Below are positions 1 through 11,543 of a stretch of DNA of 64,000 nt, piece by piece. Within the stretch, counting starts at the first letter, position 1. Every line of letters starts with the position of its first letter. The DNA is from Flectonema sp. DT1601 (taxonomy: Eukaryota): positions 1,674,001 through 1,738,000 of the forward strand of contig OZ025780.1 in assembly GCA_964019425.1 (NCBI GenBank). The letters are read 5' to 3'. Both the position numbers and the translations under genes were made by a program. The notes beneath the pieces are model-generated. The model saw nothing but the letters and a program-made list of their open reading frames with translations. It did not search any database and was not told the DNA's origin.

Positions 1-344
1 TTTCATTTTATAATAAAATAATTTTTTCCTCAAATCCTAACCTCTTATTGTGGAGCTATCCCCTCTTCATCTCTAGTAGTGGGAGGTTGACAACAAAAAA
101 AAAAAAAAAAAAAAAAAAAAACGGAGAAAACAGATATTCAAAAAAAAAAAAAAACAACCATAATGCTTTAACAATGACTATAAATGTAATGATGTTTTCT
201 GTGGTCGTTTTACGTTATTTTAAAAAAGGAATTTAGTTCTTGACATCAACAGATGTGTAATTATTTTGTGTTTGGTTGTGGTTTGGGTTTTTGTAATTAT
301 TTTTCGTTTTCTCAGTTTTAGTATTTGCGACTAATTTAAAAACA

Positions 345-839
345 ATGGCCTGCGGATTAAACAGCTGTGGACCACCGCAACCGTGTCCGATGCCACAGCC
401 GGTTATCCCTCGTGGGTTACCTCCGCCAGCGTGCTTTCAACCACCTCAGTCATGTTGTCAGCCGCCTCCACCTCAGCCGTGCTGCTTACCGCCTCCACCT
501 CCACCGCAGCCATGCTGCTTGCCACCACCACCACCACCGCAGCCGTGCTGCCTGCCACCTCCACCTCCGCCGCAACAGTGCTGTCAGCCAGTTCAGTGTT
601 GTCCTCCAGTTGATAATTGTTGTGACAGAACTGATCGAATTGTAAATCCAATGGACCTATCTCCTCTTCCACCTGGTCTGAGAGATATGAATCCTTGCAA
701 CCCAGTAGCTTGTCCACAACCATATAGAGTTCCAGGGGGTGAAAACTGCCCTCCTTGGGTTCGCTGGGGAGGACCAGTTGGTTTCAACCCCGGCTGGGGT
801 GGCTCACTTTGGCCTGGGAATTCTAATAGTCGAAACTAA
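345..839 (+). CDS. Pro/Cys/Gln-rich low-complexity protein (164 aa) with QPCCLPPPPPP repeats
   Basis: ATG after A-rich context, Y-rich AG at 314-315, GC-rich ORF in AT-rich background; 11-aa (33-nt) repeats differ mostly at synonymous positions. Confidence 0.8.
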   Translation: MACGLNSCGPPQPCPMPQPVIPRGLPPPACFQPPQSCCQPPPPQPCCLPPPPPPQPCCLPPPPPPQPCCLPPPPPPQQCCQPVQCCPPVDNCCDRTDRIVNPMDLSPLPPGLRDMNPCNPVACPQPYRVPGGENCPPWVRWGGPVGFNPGWGGSLWPGNSNSRN

Positions 840-1371
840 GCTTTTTTGAGAATTGTATTGTTTGTTCTTTCCTTTGTTTCCCGTACCTCTAGCATGTCGA
901 ATTTCTGCACTCTAGCGAGTGCATGACAGTGTGGGCTATTTCCCTACGTGATTGGTGATTCTTACCGGTTGAGAACTCTCGTGTTGGCAGCCCATCGCAC
1001 GTTCTGAATGAAAGCCCTATACACGTATTATATTGTCTTGTCTTTCCCTTTTGATTGGCGCCTGTCGATAGCAGTGCACCTCCCCTTACACACCCTTGAT
1101 TTTATATATATTTTTCCTTTGTACTTGACCTGAGTTCTGGTTGTCGCGTTGCGTTGGTTTATAAGAGCATAACGCTTCCGAAATTGTTAAAAAAAAAAAA
1201 AAAAAAAAAAAAATTATTATATTGTTTTTTTGTACTCCCTTACATGTTGCCCATTTTTTCATTAATGTCAAGTATCAGTAACATGTAATACATCTTTTCC
1301 TCCCTTCAGAAAACATCTTTGTTGTGGTTTGATCCAGTGTGTTGTAGTGTGTTCATATATTATCTCTAACG

Positions 1372-3018
1372 ATGTCTTTAGTAAATCTATGTGATGATAT
1401 ATTGTTAGATATGTCAGTCTGTTTGGAGATTAGGGATCGTGTCAGATTGTCTCTCGTAAATAAAAAATTAAAAAGACTACTATCAATAAATAATATTGAG
1501 TCTTTGGACATGTCTAACACGATTCCATCCAAAGTTGAAAAAGTATTAAATTGGTTGATCCGTTGTAGGCATAGCAGTTTAAAATCTCTTAATTTACACG
1601 GTTGTTCATCAACACAGTTATCGACACTGTTGCCTAGTTTGTTTAATAATAATATTCACATTCAACGATTAAATGTACAACATTGTCCAAGCATTGAGGA
1701 ATCAACTATTCGTTGTATTGCACAACTGAAAGATTTGAGACAGTTGTCTTTATATGAAACGAGAGAGGGTTTAATTAACAGTAAAATCCTTGGTGAGATA
1801 TTCGAATCGTGTTCTAAATTGGAAATAATTGACATCAGAGGACAGCGGCTTGCCGATGACGTAATTGCTGCTAGAATGGCGGAGTTGCCGAATTTAAAAA
1901 AAATATCGTTGGTGGCGACGTCAATTACGGAGTTTGGTTTCAACCTTCTACTTCAAAAATGCAACCAATTACAACGAATAGGCTCAATGGACCTTCACAG
2001 TAATGGAGGACCGTTTGTAAGTGAGTCTGATTCTGTAGAAGAGCTACAAATCGGATATACTAATACACCTCTTTCCGTTGATATTTCAAAATTTCCAAAA
2101 ATAAAATTTCTTGGAGTTTCAGCTCTGTCTCTCGTCTGGTCAGGTATAGATTGGAGTGTGTTAGCCAAGTCAAAGACTATTCGTCAGATAACAGCTGAAA
2201 ATAATCGAAGTTACCCATCAGAATTTATTTCATGTCTTATTGCTGTTAGAAAACAATTAATTCATCTGAGTGTTGGTGAAATCGATGATTCAGATTTTGA
2301 ATCAGCCGTATCTGAAATGATTTCTATGAAACATCTTTCTGTTGAAAACCCCAGCGTGGGGTTACTTCAAAACATCTCTCAACTCCCTGAGCTACGTCAG
2401 CTTGAAATCGAGGAAGTGGATTCAGAAGTCTTTTCATCGTTTATATCATGGTTGTCTCTTTCTGATCAACGAGACACTTCTTTCGTTAACGTCAACGGAC
2501 TTCAATTGTCATTTTCGAATGAAAATGAATCTTCAACAGAACAAAATGATATAATCTCACTCATTAAAACCTGTAAACAGCTGACGTCGTTTTATATCGG
2601 AAGTCACAGTTGCGATACTGCGATGCTTATTAAATCACTTCCTGTCTTGCAGATGACGGATTTCAAAACAAGAGAGTTTGGAGGAGTTTTAGGCGATTCC
2701 ATCGACACGATTTCAATGATGAAAAATTTAGTGACTTTCGATTTTCCTTCTCATGTGTTGTCTTCTGTGGAGGCTGAAGCACTCTCAGAAGTAGTTTATT
2801 CTCTTCAGAAACTAGTTGTCGTTAATTTAGATCACCGATTCGTTTTCGAAGACAGATTCTTCTCGTGGCGTAAAATTAGTGGATCGGGTCCTCCTCGTTT
2901 TTTCAGACATTTCAACCCTTTTGGATACCTTGAAGAATCAGGTATCAAACCACATGCGACCTTCTTAACTATTTTTGAGGACTACAATGATTCTCGTTTT
3001 GGAATCATTAGGCCATAA
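1372..3018 (+). CDS. F-box/leucine-rich repeat protein (548 aa)
   Basis: N-terminal F-box-like segment (LVNLCDDILLDMSVCLEIRDRVRLSLVNKKL) followed by Cys-containing LRRs (LKSLNLHGC, IQRLNVQHCPSI). Confidence 0.8.
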   Translation: MSLVNLCDDILLDMSVCLEIRDRVRLSLVNKKLKRLLSINNIESLDMSNTIPSKVEKVLNWLIRCRHSSLKSLNLHGCSSTQLSTLLPSLFNNNIHIQRLNVQHCPSIEESTIRCIAQLKDLRQLSLYETREGLINSKILGEIFESCSKLEIIDIRGQRLADDVIAARMAELPNLKKISLVATSITEFGFNLLLQKCNQLQRIGSMDLHSNGGPFVSESDSVEELQIGYTNTPLSVDISKFPKIKFLGVSALSLVWSGIDWSVLAKSKTIRQITAENNRSYPSEFISCLIAVRKQLIHLSVGEIDDSDFESAVSEMISMKHLSVENPSVGLLQNISQLPELRQLEIEEVDSEVFSSFISWLSLSDQRDTSFVNVNGLQLSFSNENESSTEQNDIISLIKTCKQLTSFYIGSHSCDTAMLIKSLPVLQMTDFKTREFGGVLGDSIDTISMMKNLVTFDFPSHVLSSVEAEALSEVVYSLQKLVVVNLDHRFVFEDRFFSWRKISGSGPPRFFRHFNPFGYLEESGIKPHATFLTIFEDYNDSRFGIIRP

Positions 3019-3247
3019 AAAAAAATTTTTTTTTTTTCAATCTGTGAGTGTTTCTCTGTACTCGCCTTTTTTGTGTTCACAGTGGTTAAACGTCTTACAA
3101 CTATCCTGTTATGTTTGGTACAGACGATTGTTTTTTTAAAAAAAAAAAAAATAATTAGACTCTTTTTGTTAATAAAATTATGTGTGCTTCTAATCATCGT
3201 TGAACTTTGAAAACAACAGGAGGGATACAAAAAAAAAAAAAAAAAAA

Positions 3248-4729
3248 ATGAGATTTGGAAGTATCTTGGAAACGGTTGGGCGGACACCAGTCGTGCGACT
3301 GACTCGAATGGGCCCAAAGAATGTAAATATGTTCGTGAAGTTGGAGTCTTTCAATCCAATGGGCAGTGTTAAGGACCGACTAGCCCTTGGCGTTATCGAA
3401 GACGCTGAGCAGAGCGGTAGCCTTAAACCAGGACAGACAGTAGTTGAAGCAACCTCGGGCAACACTGGAATTGGTCTTGCTATGGTTTGTGCTCAGAAAG
3501 GTTATCCTTTAGTTGTTACAATGGCTGAAAACATGTCCGTTGAAAGGAGGAGAATAATGAGATTTTTAGGAGCGAAAGTCATCCTAACTCCAGCTCACAT
3601 GAAGGCATTGGGAATGGTTCTAAAAGCTGAAGAGCTTTCTGACAAACACGGATGGTTCTACACCAGACAGTTCACAAACGAAGCCAACGCAGAAATCCAC
3701 ATGAGGACTACCGCACAAGAGATTCTTGAAGACTTCAAAGATGACAAGCTCGACTACTGGGTTACAGGATACGGAACTGGAGGAACATTAAAGGGAGTTA
3801 GCACCGTTTTAAAGAATTCTGAGCAAACAAAGAACACGAAAATCTGCCTCGTCGAACCAGACAACTCCGCCCTCGTAGCATCAAAAATTGAACAAACCTA
3901 CAAAGAGAACGGAGACCCAACAGAGTTTCATCCATCTTTTAGACCTCATCTAATGATGGGTTGGGTTCCTGACTTTATTGGAAAGTTAACAAATGATGGA
4001 AGTAAGAATGTTGATAATTTATATCAAGTAAGTGGTGAAGATGCTATGAACACTGCTAAACAATTAGCTCAGAAAGAAGGAATATTCGTTGGAGTCACTG
4101 CAGGTGCGACTATCGCAGGAGGACTTCAAGTTGCTAGCAAAGCACCAGATGGATCAAATATCCTTTGTATGGTTCCAGACACTGGTGAGAGATATTTAAC
4201 AACTCCTATGTTCGACTGCATTGAAACAGAAATGAATGAGGACGAAGTTGAAATCTCAAAATCAACTGACAGCGCTCGATTCGACACTGCTGCTCCTGCT
4301 CCAAAACCTGCCAAACCTGCAGCAGCTGTCCCAGCAACAGATGAGAGCAGAGCACACTTTCAAAAGGTTATTTCAGAAAATAAGATTGTGATATTCTCAT
4401 TGGAATGGTGTGAGTTTTGTTGGTCTGCCAAGAAATTCTTTACCAAGATTGGAATCAAGTACACACCTGTTAACATCGACTCTGCAGAAATGGCAAAAGA
4501 CAATTGGGGTGCACAGGTCCGTGCCGCTGCTACAGAAGTTACTTCATGCAAGACTATTCCACAGATATTCGTTGGTGGAAAGTTTCTTGGTGGTGCTACT
4601 GACGTCTTCAATGAATTTAAAGACGGACAGCTCCAAGCAAAACTAAAAGCAGCTGAATGTCCCTTCGATGATTCAGTTAAGGTAGACCCTTACAGTTTTC
4701 TTCCAAAGTGGTTGCATCCAAGATCGTAG
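3248..4729 (+). CDS. cysK: Cysteine synthase (O-acetylserine thiol-lyase, CysK family) fused to a C-terminal glutaredoxin domain (493 aa)
   Basis: FNPMGSVKDR (PLP Lys), EATSGNTG, GTGGT and PDTGERYL motifs; Ala/Pro linker; then WCEFCW, TIPQIF and GGATD glutaredoxin motifs. Start reassigned to ATG 3248. Confidence 0.92.
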   Translation: MRFGSILETVGRTPVVRLTRMGPKNVNMFVKLESFNPMGSVKDRLALGVIEDAEQSGSLKPGQTVVEATSGNTGIGLAMVCAQKGYPLVVTMAENMSVERRRIMRFLGAKVILTPAHMKALGMVLKAEELSDKHGWFYTRQFTNEANAEIHMRTTAQEILEDFKDDKLDYWVTGYGTGGTLKGVSTVLKNSEQTKNTKICLVEPDNSALVASKIEQTYKENGDPTEFHPSFRPHLMMGWVPDFIGKLTNDGSKNVDNLYQVSGEDAMNTAKQLAQKEGIFVGVTAGATIAGGLQVASKAPDGSNILCMVPDTGERYLTTPMFDCIETEMNEDEVEISKSTDSARFDTAAPAPKPAKPAAAVPATDESRAHFQKVISENKIVIFSLEWCEFCWSAKKFFTKIGIKYTPVNIDSAEMAKDNWGAQVRAAATEVTSCKTIPQIFVGGKFLGGATDVFNEFKDGQLQAKLKAAECPFDDSVKVDPYSFLPKWLHPRS

Positions 4730-5636
4730 AATAATTGTTTTCAAATTATCTTATTTCCTTGTTATTAACACCGGTAGCCATTGTTATTGGTGCGAGTGTG
4801 ATTTATTCTTTTACTTCTCATCCATGTTTTTGTTACGGAATCAAACTTTGGAATTACAGCCGACGATGATCTTTTTCAGAAGCGGCATTCGAAAGCAAAT
4901 AAAGATACCCTTTCATGTTTCGTGGAGGTGAATTACTCGTATCCTTTTTTTTTTTTTTTCTCTCTTAACATTCTTCTCACTTGTTTTGTTCACGGTTCTT
5001 TTTTTCTTTTTTTTTTTTTGAAATTTGAAAAAAAAAAAAAAAAAAAAAAGGAGAGAGAGTGAGTGAGAATACCGTTTCCCCCTCGCGGTCCCCCCTCCTC
5101 TCTAACTTGATTTGTGATTATTCTGATCTGTCAGTGTGTCATAAAGCTTTGGGCGATGAACGTAACGTACTGAGACAAAACTAACTAATCGTGGTATATT
5201 TATTTTTATACTGTGCCACGGCTCTACACTTTTTCCTCTTTTCCTCTTTTTTTTTTTTTTTTTTTTTTCTCGTTCCATGGATTTACTCACGCATAGTATC
5301 AACGAACAAGCGGTCGATTTACTTTGGAAAAACTTCTACTTCCACCAATTTTTTTTTCCCGATTTTCTTTTTACCCATTTCTGTTATGGTGATTTCGAGT
5401 GGCTTTGTGGTGATTTTCCGAAACTATTTTTATGGAAATAGGAGTTTTTCCCTTTCATTTTTTCTTTTTCAATGATGTGTTTGGAGGTTAAAAGTCACTG
5501 AGTTCATCTCCTTTCCTATTTAACGTTAAGAACTACTTTTTTTTTTTGAAACTAATTTTACAGGAAAAACTTGAAATAAAATGCATTTTTTAATAATCTA
5601 AATTATCTTCTTTTCAAGGGCTATTTGGGCAATCAC

Positions 5637-7280
5637 ATGGCGCAGCAGTTAAGAGGTATAACGGACTTATGCAATGATACGATTATATGTATTTCAGCAT
5701 ACCTGACATTGCGAGAGAGGTCAAAGTTGATGATAACATCGAAAAGATATCAAACTTGTTTAAATAAAGTAATGAGAGTTAGTATTGATTTATCTAACAC
5801 ACATCCATCGAAAGCTGAACAAGTACTGATATGGTTGGCTGGTAATCAGGTAAGCGGTGTTAGGTCAATAGATTTACACGGATGTCCACTTAGTAATATC
5901 AGCAATCTGCTTATTGATATCATCAAAGCATATGGTCATATTCTACGATCAATAAACCTAGCACACTGTCCAAAAGTAGATGATAAAGTTATAGAAGCAT
6001 TGGCGACTCATTCACGAGACTTGGAGAGTATTACTTTATTCGAAGCGGGTAAGCTTAGTCAAAATGCAATTCATTCTCTTATAGAGAATTGCACGAGAAT
6101 ACGATTTTTAGATGTGAGAGCTCAACAGGCAGTTACAGATGAAACGGCTACTTTAATGTGCAACAGTTTAAAAGAATTACAGCAAGTCTTACTCGTTGGT
6201 ACTAATATTACTGTCAAAGGGTTTGTTGAGATCAGCAACACCTGTTCATCACTGGATAAAATTGGTTGCATTCAACTATCGGGTGAGTCTCTATCGGTTC
6301 CACCATTAGAATCTAGTTCTTTGGAGGAGTTGCAGATCACTTCTTGTGCGACTGATGTGCGAATTAATTTTAAAAAACTTCCAAAACTTACATTTCTCGG
6401 ATGCAATAGCGTTCCCATGGACCTCCTGAACTGGAACGACATCGCACAGTACTGTACTGATTTAAAACAAATTATGTTCGTGTCAGAGATTGGTTACTGT
6501 ACGGGGTTTTTAGAATGCCTCAGAAGACGTGCTGATCAGCTTCTACATCTCGCGGTAGGTCAGATTCCTGACACAGACTACGCCAGAGTGTTGTGGTCAA
6601 TGAAAAGATTGATTCAACTTAGAGTTCACTTTGTATCCCTTGGTCTGCTTCAAGTAGCTGCTGAACTACCCAGCTTACAGATGCTCACTTTAGTCGGATT
6701 CCCAAGAGAGAGTTTAAGCACTGGAAATGAACGAATCTTTGGTTGGCTATTCTCAACTATCACAAATCCATTTCGCAGTCTTCTTCATTTACATCTTGTG
6801 CTTGCTTCTGGTTGGGATGCAGTTCCCGTCTTGTTAAAAGCTTGTCCAATGCTGAGACATTTTCACTTTCATCCAACAAGAGCTCCAACGAATTTAAAAG
6901 AAATAATAAAATCACTTCCTGCAGAGCAGATGGAAACCTTTGTGTTGGCTGATTCATTCTCTATAGAAGACATTGAGGAGATCGTTCCTCTCCTTGTGAA
7001 AATGACGAAATTAACATCTTTAAGACTTGGAAGAGTATCAATTCCGATGGATGTCGCAACTGAATTGGTATTCAGTTTGCCAAACTTACAAGTATTTGAG
7101 TCTCCTGGATATGAGTTTAGTGCGTGGACTTGTTATGAGTCAGTTACTTCAGGGAAGAAATGGCTTCGACATGCTCCTACTAAGGGGTTTTACGAAAGTG
7201 ATGCGTTGAAGCCGAGTGGAGGATTTTTAACTCTTTTTAGAGATGTCAGTGATCCAGTCTTCGGCGTTGATATTCCGTGA
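5637..7280 (+). CDS. F-box/leucine-rich repeat protein (547 aa), paralogue of 1372..3018
   Basis: F-box-like start, LRRs (IDLHGC, INLAHCPKV), shared motifs with the first copy (DLSNTHPSKAEQVLIWL vs DMSNTIPSKVEKVLNWL); first ATG at 5637. Confidence 0.8.
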   Translation: MAQQLRGITDLCNDTIICISAYLTLRERSKLMITSKRYQTCLNKVMRVSIDLSNTHPSKAEQVLIWLAGNQVSGVRSIDLHGCPLSNISNLLIDIIKAYGHILRSINLAHCPKVDDKVIEALATHSRDLESITLFEAGKLSQNAIHSLIENCTRIRFLDVRAQQAVTDETATLMCNSLKELQQVLLVGTNITVKGFVEISNTCSSLDKIGCIQLSGESLSVPPLESSSLEELQITSCATDVRINFKKLPKLTFLGCNSVPMDLLNWNDIAQYCTDLKQIMFVSEIGYCTGFLECLRRRADQLLHLAVGQIPDTDYARVLWSMKRLIQLRVHFVSLGLLQVAAELPSLQMLTLVGFPRESLSTGNERIFGWLFSTITNPFRSLLHLHLVLASGWDAVPVLLKACPMLRHFHFHPTRAPTNLKEIIKSLPAEQMETFVLADSFSIEDIEEIVPLLVKMTKLTSLRLGRVSIPMDVATELVFSLPNLQVFESPGYEFSAWTCYESVTSGKKWLRHAPTKGFYESDALKPSGGFLTLFRDVSDPVFGVDIP

Positions 7281-7674
7281 TGTGATTTGATATATTGCTA
7301 GGCCTTGATCAGTTGATTACCGTTTTTCGGTTAGCATTAGAGTATTATTGCGTGTGGAGCTTCTGTCAAGACTCTTGGTTGGTGTAGCATTTTCTAACTA
7401 AGGTCGTTGGATAATTTTGGTAGAAAAACTAAAGATGATTGAAAATAATAATATAAAAAAAAAAAAATAAAAAAAAATCTGTTTCTGCTCTGCCCTGCTC
7501 TTTTCAGTTTCAGTCCCTTTCCCACCTCCACTCTTTAGTTTGGTTTGGAGAGGTTTACTGCGTGTTATTGATTTAATCTTTATTCGTTGTTTTGGAAAAA
7601 ATAATAAAAAAATAATAATAATAATTCATCTGTTTTCCCCCTTTTCTTATGTTTAGCTTTTTACACAACCAGCA

Positions 7675-10091
7675 ATGGCACATACAAAGCAATTACAACA
7701 AAAAATACATCAAAAATTGCAAAGTGGACAGTTTGAGGCACATACGTTAGAATCTCTTCCGCTAACACATCTGTTTCATGTTCTTTGGGAAGGTTCTACT
7801 AATTGGTGTTTGACTCACAGGGTGTCTCGACCAGCACAAGACAAATCATCATTTTTATTGCGCAGAATACCTGATACGGTCGTATGGGAAAATAACATCC
7901 CAAAAGGTTGGTATCGCTACGAAGAGGAGATGGAAGAAGGTACTGATGGACAAAAGGTAAAAGTCGGCAACATAAAAAAAGATAAAGTTGACACAAAGAA
8001 AGTTGACTACTCATTCACAAACGGCAAACACGATGACGACATCGTCGCAATGTATCTCGCTAAAGCATTGGATGGGGTTAAAGAGATAATCAGAATCGAC
8101 TATTTAACAACAACAAATCTTCGAGCTTTTCTCTTCTCTAGAAATAGAGGTAAGGGTACCTGTCTTCTTCAACGTTGGGTTGAACCTCAAAACAGAGAAT
8201 TCAACGACGTCATTCAGGCAGTGTGGACTTCCAGTCTGAAATGCCTTGTTGAACGTAGAAGGGTTTGTCATTTTTTTTTTTTTTTGTCTTGTCTCATCTC
8301 TCCTTTTCGGGAAAAAAAAAAAAAAAAAAAAAACAGAATAAAACACACCTTCTCGATGAAAGAGTTTGTCTCAGAGAAAGATGTGTCACATTTGATGGTC
8401 CTCCACATCTGTCATCAACAACAAACTTGAGTCCAAGGCTAACCGAACAGGTGAGTATATCATGCGCGAGTATCGCTGAGCATTTTAAAAGTAACGTATC
8501 ACTAACGAGACAACAACCAAAACATGAAATAACGAGAATGATTGTTCAGTTTAAAATAGACTCAAACTGTCACTTGGTATTACTCGGAGTATTAGGAGTT
8601 AGAGTTCCGAACAGATTGAGGAAAAAGGATCTGTTTGTTGCCTTAGATCTCGCACCTGTTTATCAACATATAACACACGCAGTTACAGATGAATCATCAG
8701 AGACCATAAATCCAACATCAGGTCAACGTAGAGTTAGTATTCAAACTGTTGAAGCTCCTGAGGAAGTTGAGAATGATGAAGATGACTTTGCTTCATGGCT
8801 AGCTGGTAGAGTGAAAGCCCGTCGTAGATCAACTGTGACATCAACTCCGTGGTCACGACGTCAAAGTAAAGTTCAGAGAGAACCTTCAAAAAGAAAATCA
8901 AAACAACCATCACTTCGTATGCCTGTTGACCACAGCGCCTGGAAAGGAAACACCGCCATCTGGGGAAAACAAGGCGGTGGCTTCATCACTAGAGATGATA
9001 TTGGTGTCCGTAAATCAAAAGAACCAAAGTTACGAGGAACTGAAAAGCGAATCCTCGAGAAACTAATTCATTGCGAGGAACAGTTGACTAATAAAATAAT
9101 GCCAGTAGCGAAGATTAACATGTTGACGAAGATGATGGTAAATACTTCGACTGGTCCTGAGGTTCAAATAGTCTCCAAAATAAAAGAACAATTCTTCCGA
9201 GGTCTCAACGTAGCTCCGACAGCTGCAGACGTAGACAACTTAGAGTCTACTTGGTGTATGTTATCATCGCACATTCAAAAGCGAAGACAAACAGAAACAA
9301 AGCGCGACAGTAATCCGAAATCAGTTAAAGCAGACAACACTCACACGATGAAAGCAGTATCTTCTCCTTTTGATGCTCGGCATCGATGGCAGCTATTGAG
9401 GACGGCTGTTAAATCAAGATTCATACTTCCCAAGATATCAAGTCAGACTCTAATTCACGATTTAACTGACGCGGTGTACATGTTGGAATCTAATAAATTA
9501 CTTAGAAAAGGCGAAGTTCCATTTTCTTTCACTGTGAGAAGTGTTCCTGAGATGCTGACTTTATTTCTTGACGTCTTCATTGATTCCATTAACGCCACTG
9601 AAATTCCAACCGACAACCGAAGTGAAAGAACCTACATAATTGAGGCAAGGGATATACTACCTGTCCACACTTGTGATATCGCTCTGCAAACTGCTGTTAA
9701 AAATATAAGCAAAGCTCTTAATACGAGACAACAAGCAGTTCTGCGAAACGATGGTGGTGGAGCAGCACATATTTTATATGCGTTGGGATCTTTAACTCGA
9801 AGTCAGCAATGTTCTACTCCACCACCTCAAATGGTGAGTTCACCAGTATTGGGTTATGATGATTGTCGGCCACAAACTGCAGGTGAGAGAATCAGAAGAT
9901 CACTGGATGATATTGTTGAAGACTCCACTTGGATTGATGATGCTGACACTCAACAGTTTCAGAGTAGTATGGATCTTAATCAAACGACTACTACTACTAC
10001 TTCAAATAATAGTTTTAATCATAATAATAAAAGTCTTAAATGTGATGACGAGTTGTCTAGTTCAACGTATTCTGAAAATGGAGGATGGTAG
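7675..10091 (+). CDS. Uncharacterised protein (780 aa), join(7675..8262,8337..10091); N-terminal half possibly a divergent ATP-grasp-like fold
   Basis: Removing intron 8263..8336 joins the two ORFs in frame (LVERRR|NKTHLLDER); LLQRWVEP and MIVQFKIDSNCHLVLL resemble ATP-grasp strands (tentative). Confidence 0.75.
8263..8336 (+). other. Spliceosomal intron, 74 nt, phase 0
   Basis: GTTTGT...poly(T)...poly(A)CAG; restores frame. Confidence 0.85.
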
Positions 10092-10616
10092 CACCCTGAA
10101 TGCTGCTTCACCACTTTTTTATTAGTCATAAAGGTTCAAAATGTTATTTTTTTTTTTTTTTATATTCCTTTTTGGTTTGTTGTTCCATTTTCTGTGATTT
10201 CTGTTTTTTCTATTTTTTTTTACTGTGTACACCTATTCTACAGTAGGTTTACTTGGGTTAAAGCCCTCACGTACTGGACTCGTATGTGCTTTAAAATACT
10301 CATTATGGTCGACTTTAATTCTGACTTGTCAGATATAAAGTTGACACGTTTCACCGAACTGGTAGTTAGACACCCACCTCCCCTTCTACACTACACAAAG
10401 GGCTACTGCTACCTTATAGTTGTAATCACTTACTTTCACTCAGCCATCCATTCTTTTGTTTTTGACAACTAGTCTGGGTTTAACGCTTTGAGCTAATTAC
10501 CTTCTCTTGTATTTTTTTTTTTTTTTTTTTTTTTTTAATAAAAAGGTGTCAACGTGATGGTTCTCAAAAAAAAAAATATAATAATTCATAAACCAGTAAA
10601 AAAAAGTAATAATTAA

Positions 10617-11543
10617 ATGATTCGTGTATCATTACTATTGACTTTGTGTGCTTTATCATGTGGATATGAGTTACCACCTCGGCTTAATGATCTTTGGGAG
10701 CGAGTATCATGTATTGATGGGGTAATGGATTCAAATGAAATAGGTATTTGGTTTTGGATACCTGGAGGACAACATGTTGGGAAGACGTTAATAGTTTTAG
10801 GAGGAGATAATATCGGTGAATTAGTAAACTTAGTTAGAGATGGATACATGGTTTGGACTCGAAGGGATAATTGCAAAGATTATCGACCGAAATTACATGC
10901 GCAGGTCTGTCGTGAGTATTTTGGTTATTTCAGCTACCTTGCCGACAATGATCCAAGAAAACCAGATCCTCCTTCGGTAGCATTCATCCATGGACATGAG
11001 AATTCATGGCATCAACGATTCGGTTGGGCATCCCTACGTGCTGCGACTAACTGCGCTCTAGCAAAGGAGAGATTCATCCCTATTGTCAGAATGGAATGGG
11101 AAGTAGCTAATAATGGATACAAGAATTATAGGGATTACACTGCGTCGATTAAACTTCCAAAATATATTTTAAAAACCAGCAACTCAAATAAATCTTACAT
11201 CGCTTTTTGGAATAGATATTTTGGAAATATCCGATCGATAAGTGCCCACCAACTTGGTGGATGGTGTTGCGGTCAGTTTGTTGTTCCCAGAAGCGTCATT
11301 CACAGAAATCCACATGAATTTTATGCTCAACTATTACCAATATTAAAAACAGGTAAGGGTGGATTTACTGGTTCTTTCAACGGATTCTTTTTAGAATACG
11401 TTATCCATTTATTTTTTGGTGAACCTGCACAAATAAATCCATACACACAATCTTCGTGTATAGATGATGATGGCAACGAAGATTTAGTGTTTCTAAATCA
11501 TAGTAAGGTTAAAAACTTTGAATACGATTTGATGGCAAAGTAG
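10617..11543 (+). CDS. Secreted DUF3431-family protein (308 aa)
   Basis: Signal-peptide-like N-terminus; FIHGHENSWHQ, CCGQFVV and FLEYVIHLFFGEP motifs typical of DUF3431. Confidence 0.75.
   Translation: MIRVSLLLTLCALSCGYELPPRLNDLWERVSCIDGVMDSNEIGIWFWIPGGQHVGKTLIVLGGDNIGELVNLVRDGYMVWTRRDNCKDYRPKLHAQVCREYFGYFSYLADNDPRKPDPPSVAFIHGHENSWHQRFGWASLRAATNCALAKERFIPIVRMEWEVANNGYKNYRDYTASIKLPKYILKTSNSNKSYIAFWNRYFGNIRSISAHQLGGWCCGQFVVPRSVIHRNPHEFYAQLLPILKTGKGGFTGSFNGFFLEYVIHLFFGEPAQINPYTQSSCIDDDGNEDLVFLNHSKVKNFEYDLMAK

Noticed and set aside
8263..8430. Programmed frameshifts or homopolymer sequencing errors as the cause of the split ORFs
   Set aside because: In all nine cases a GT..CAG intron of consistent length and donor consensus restores the frame, and where the family is known it restores the conserved motif
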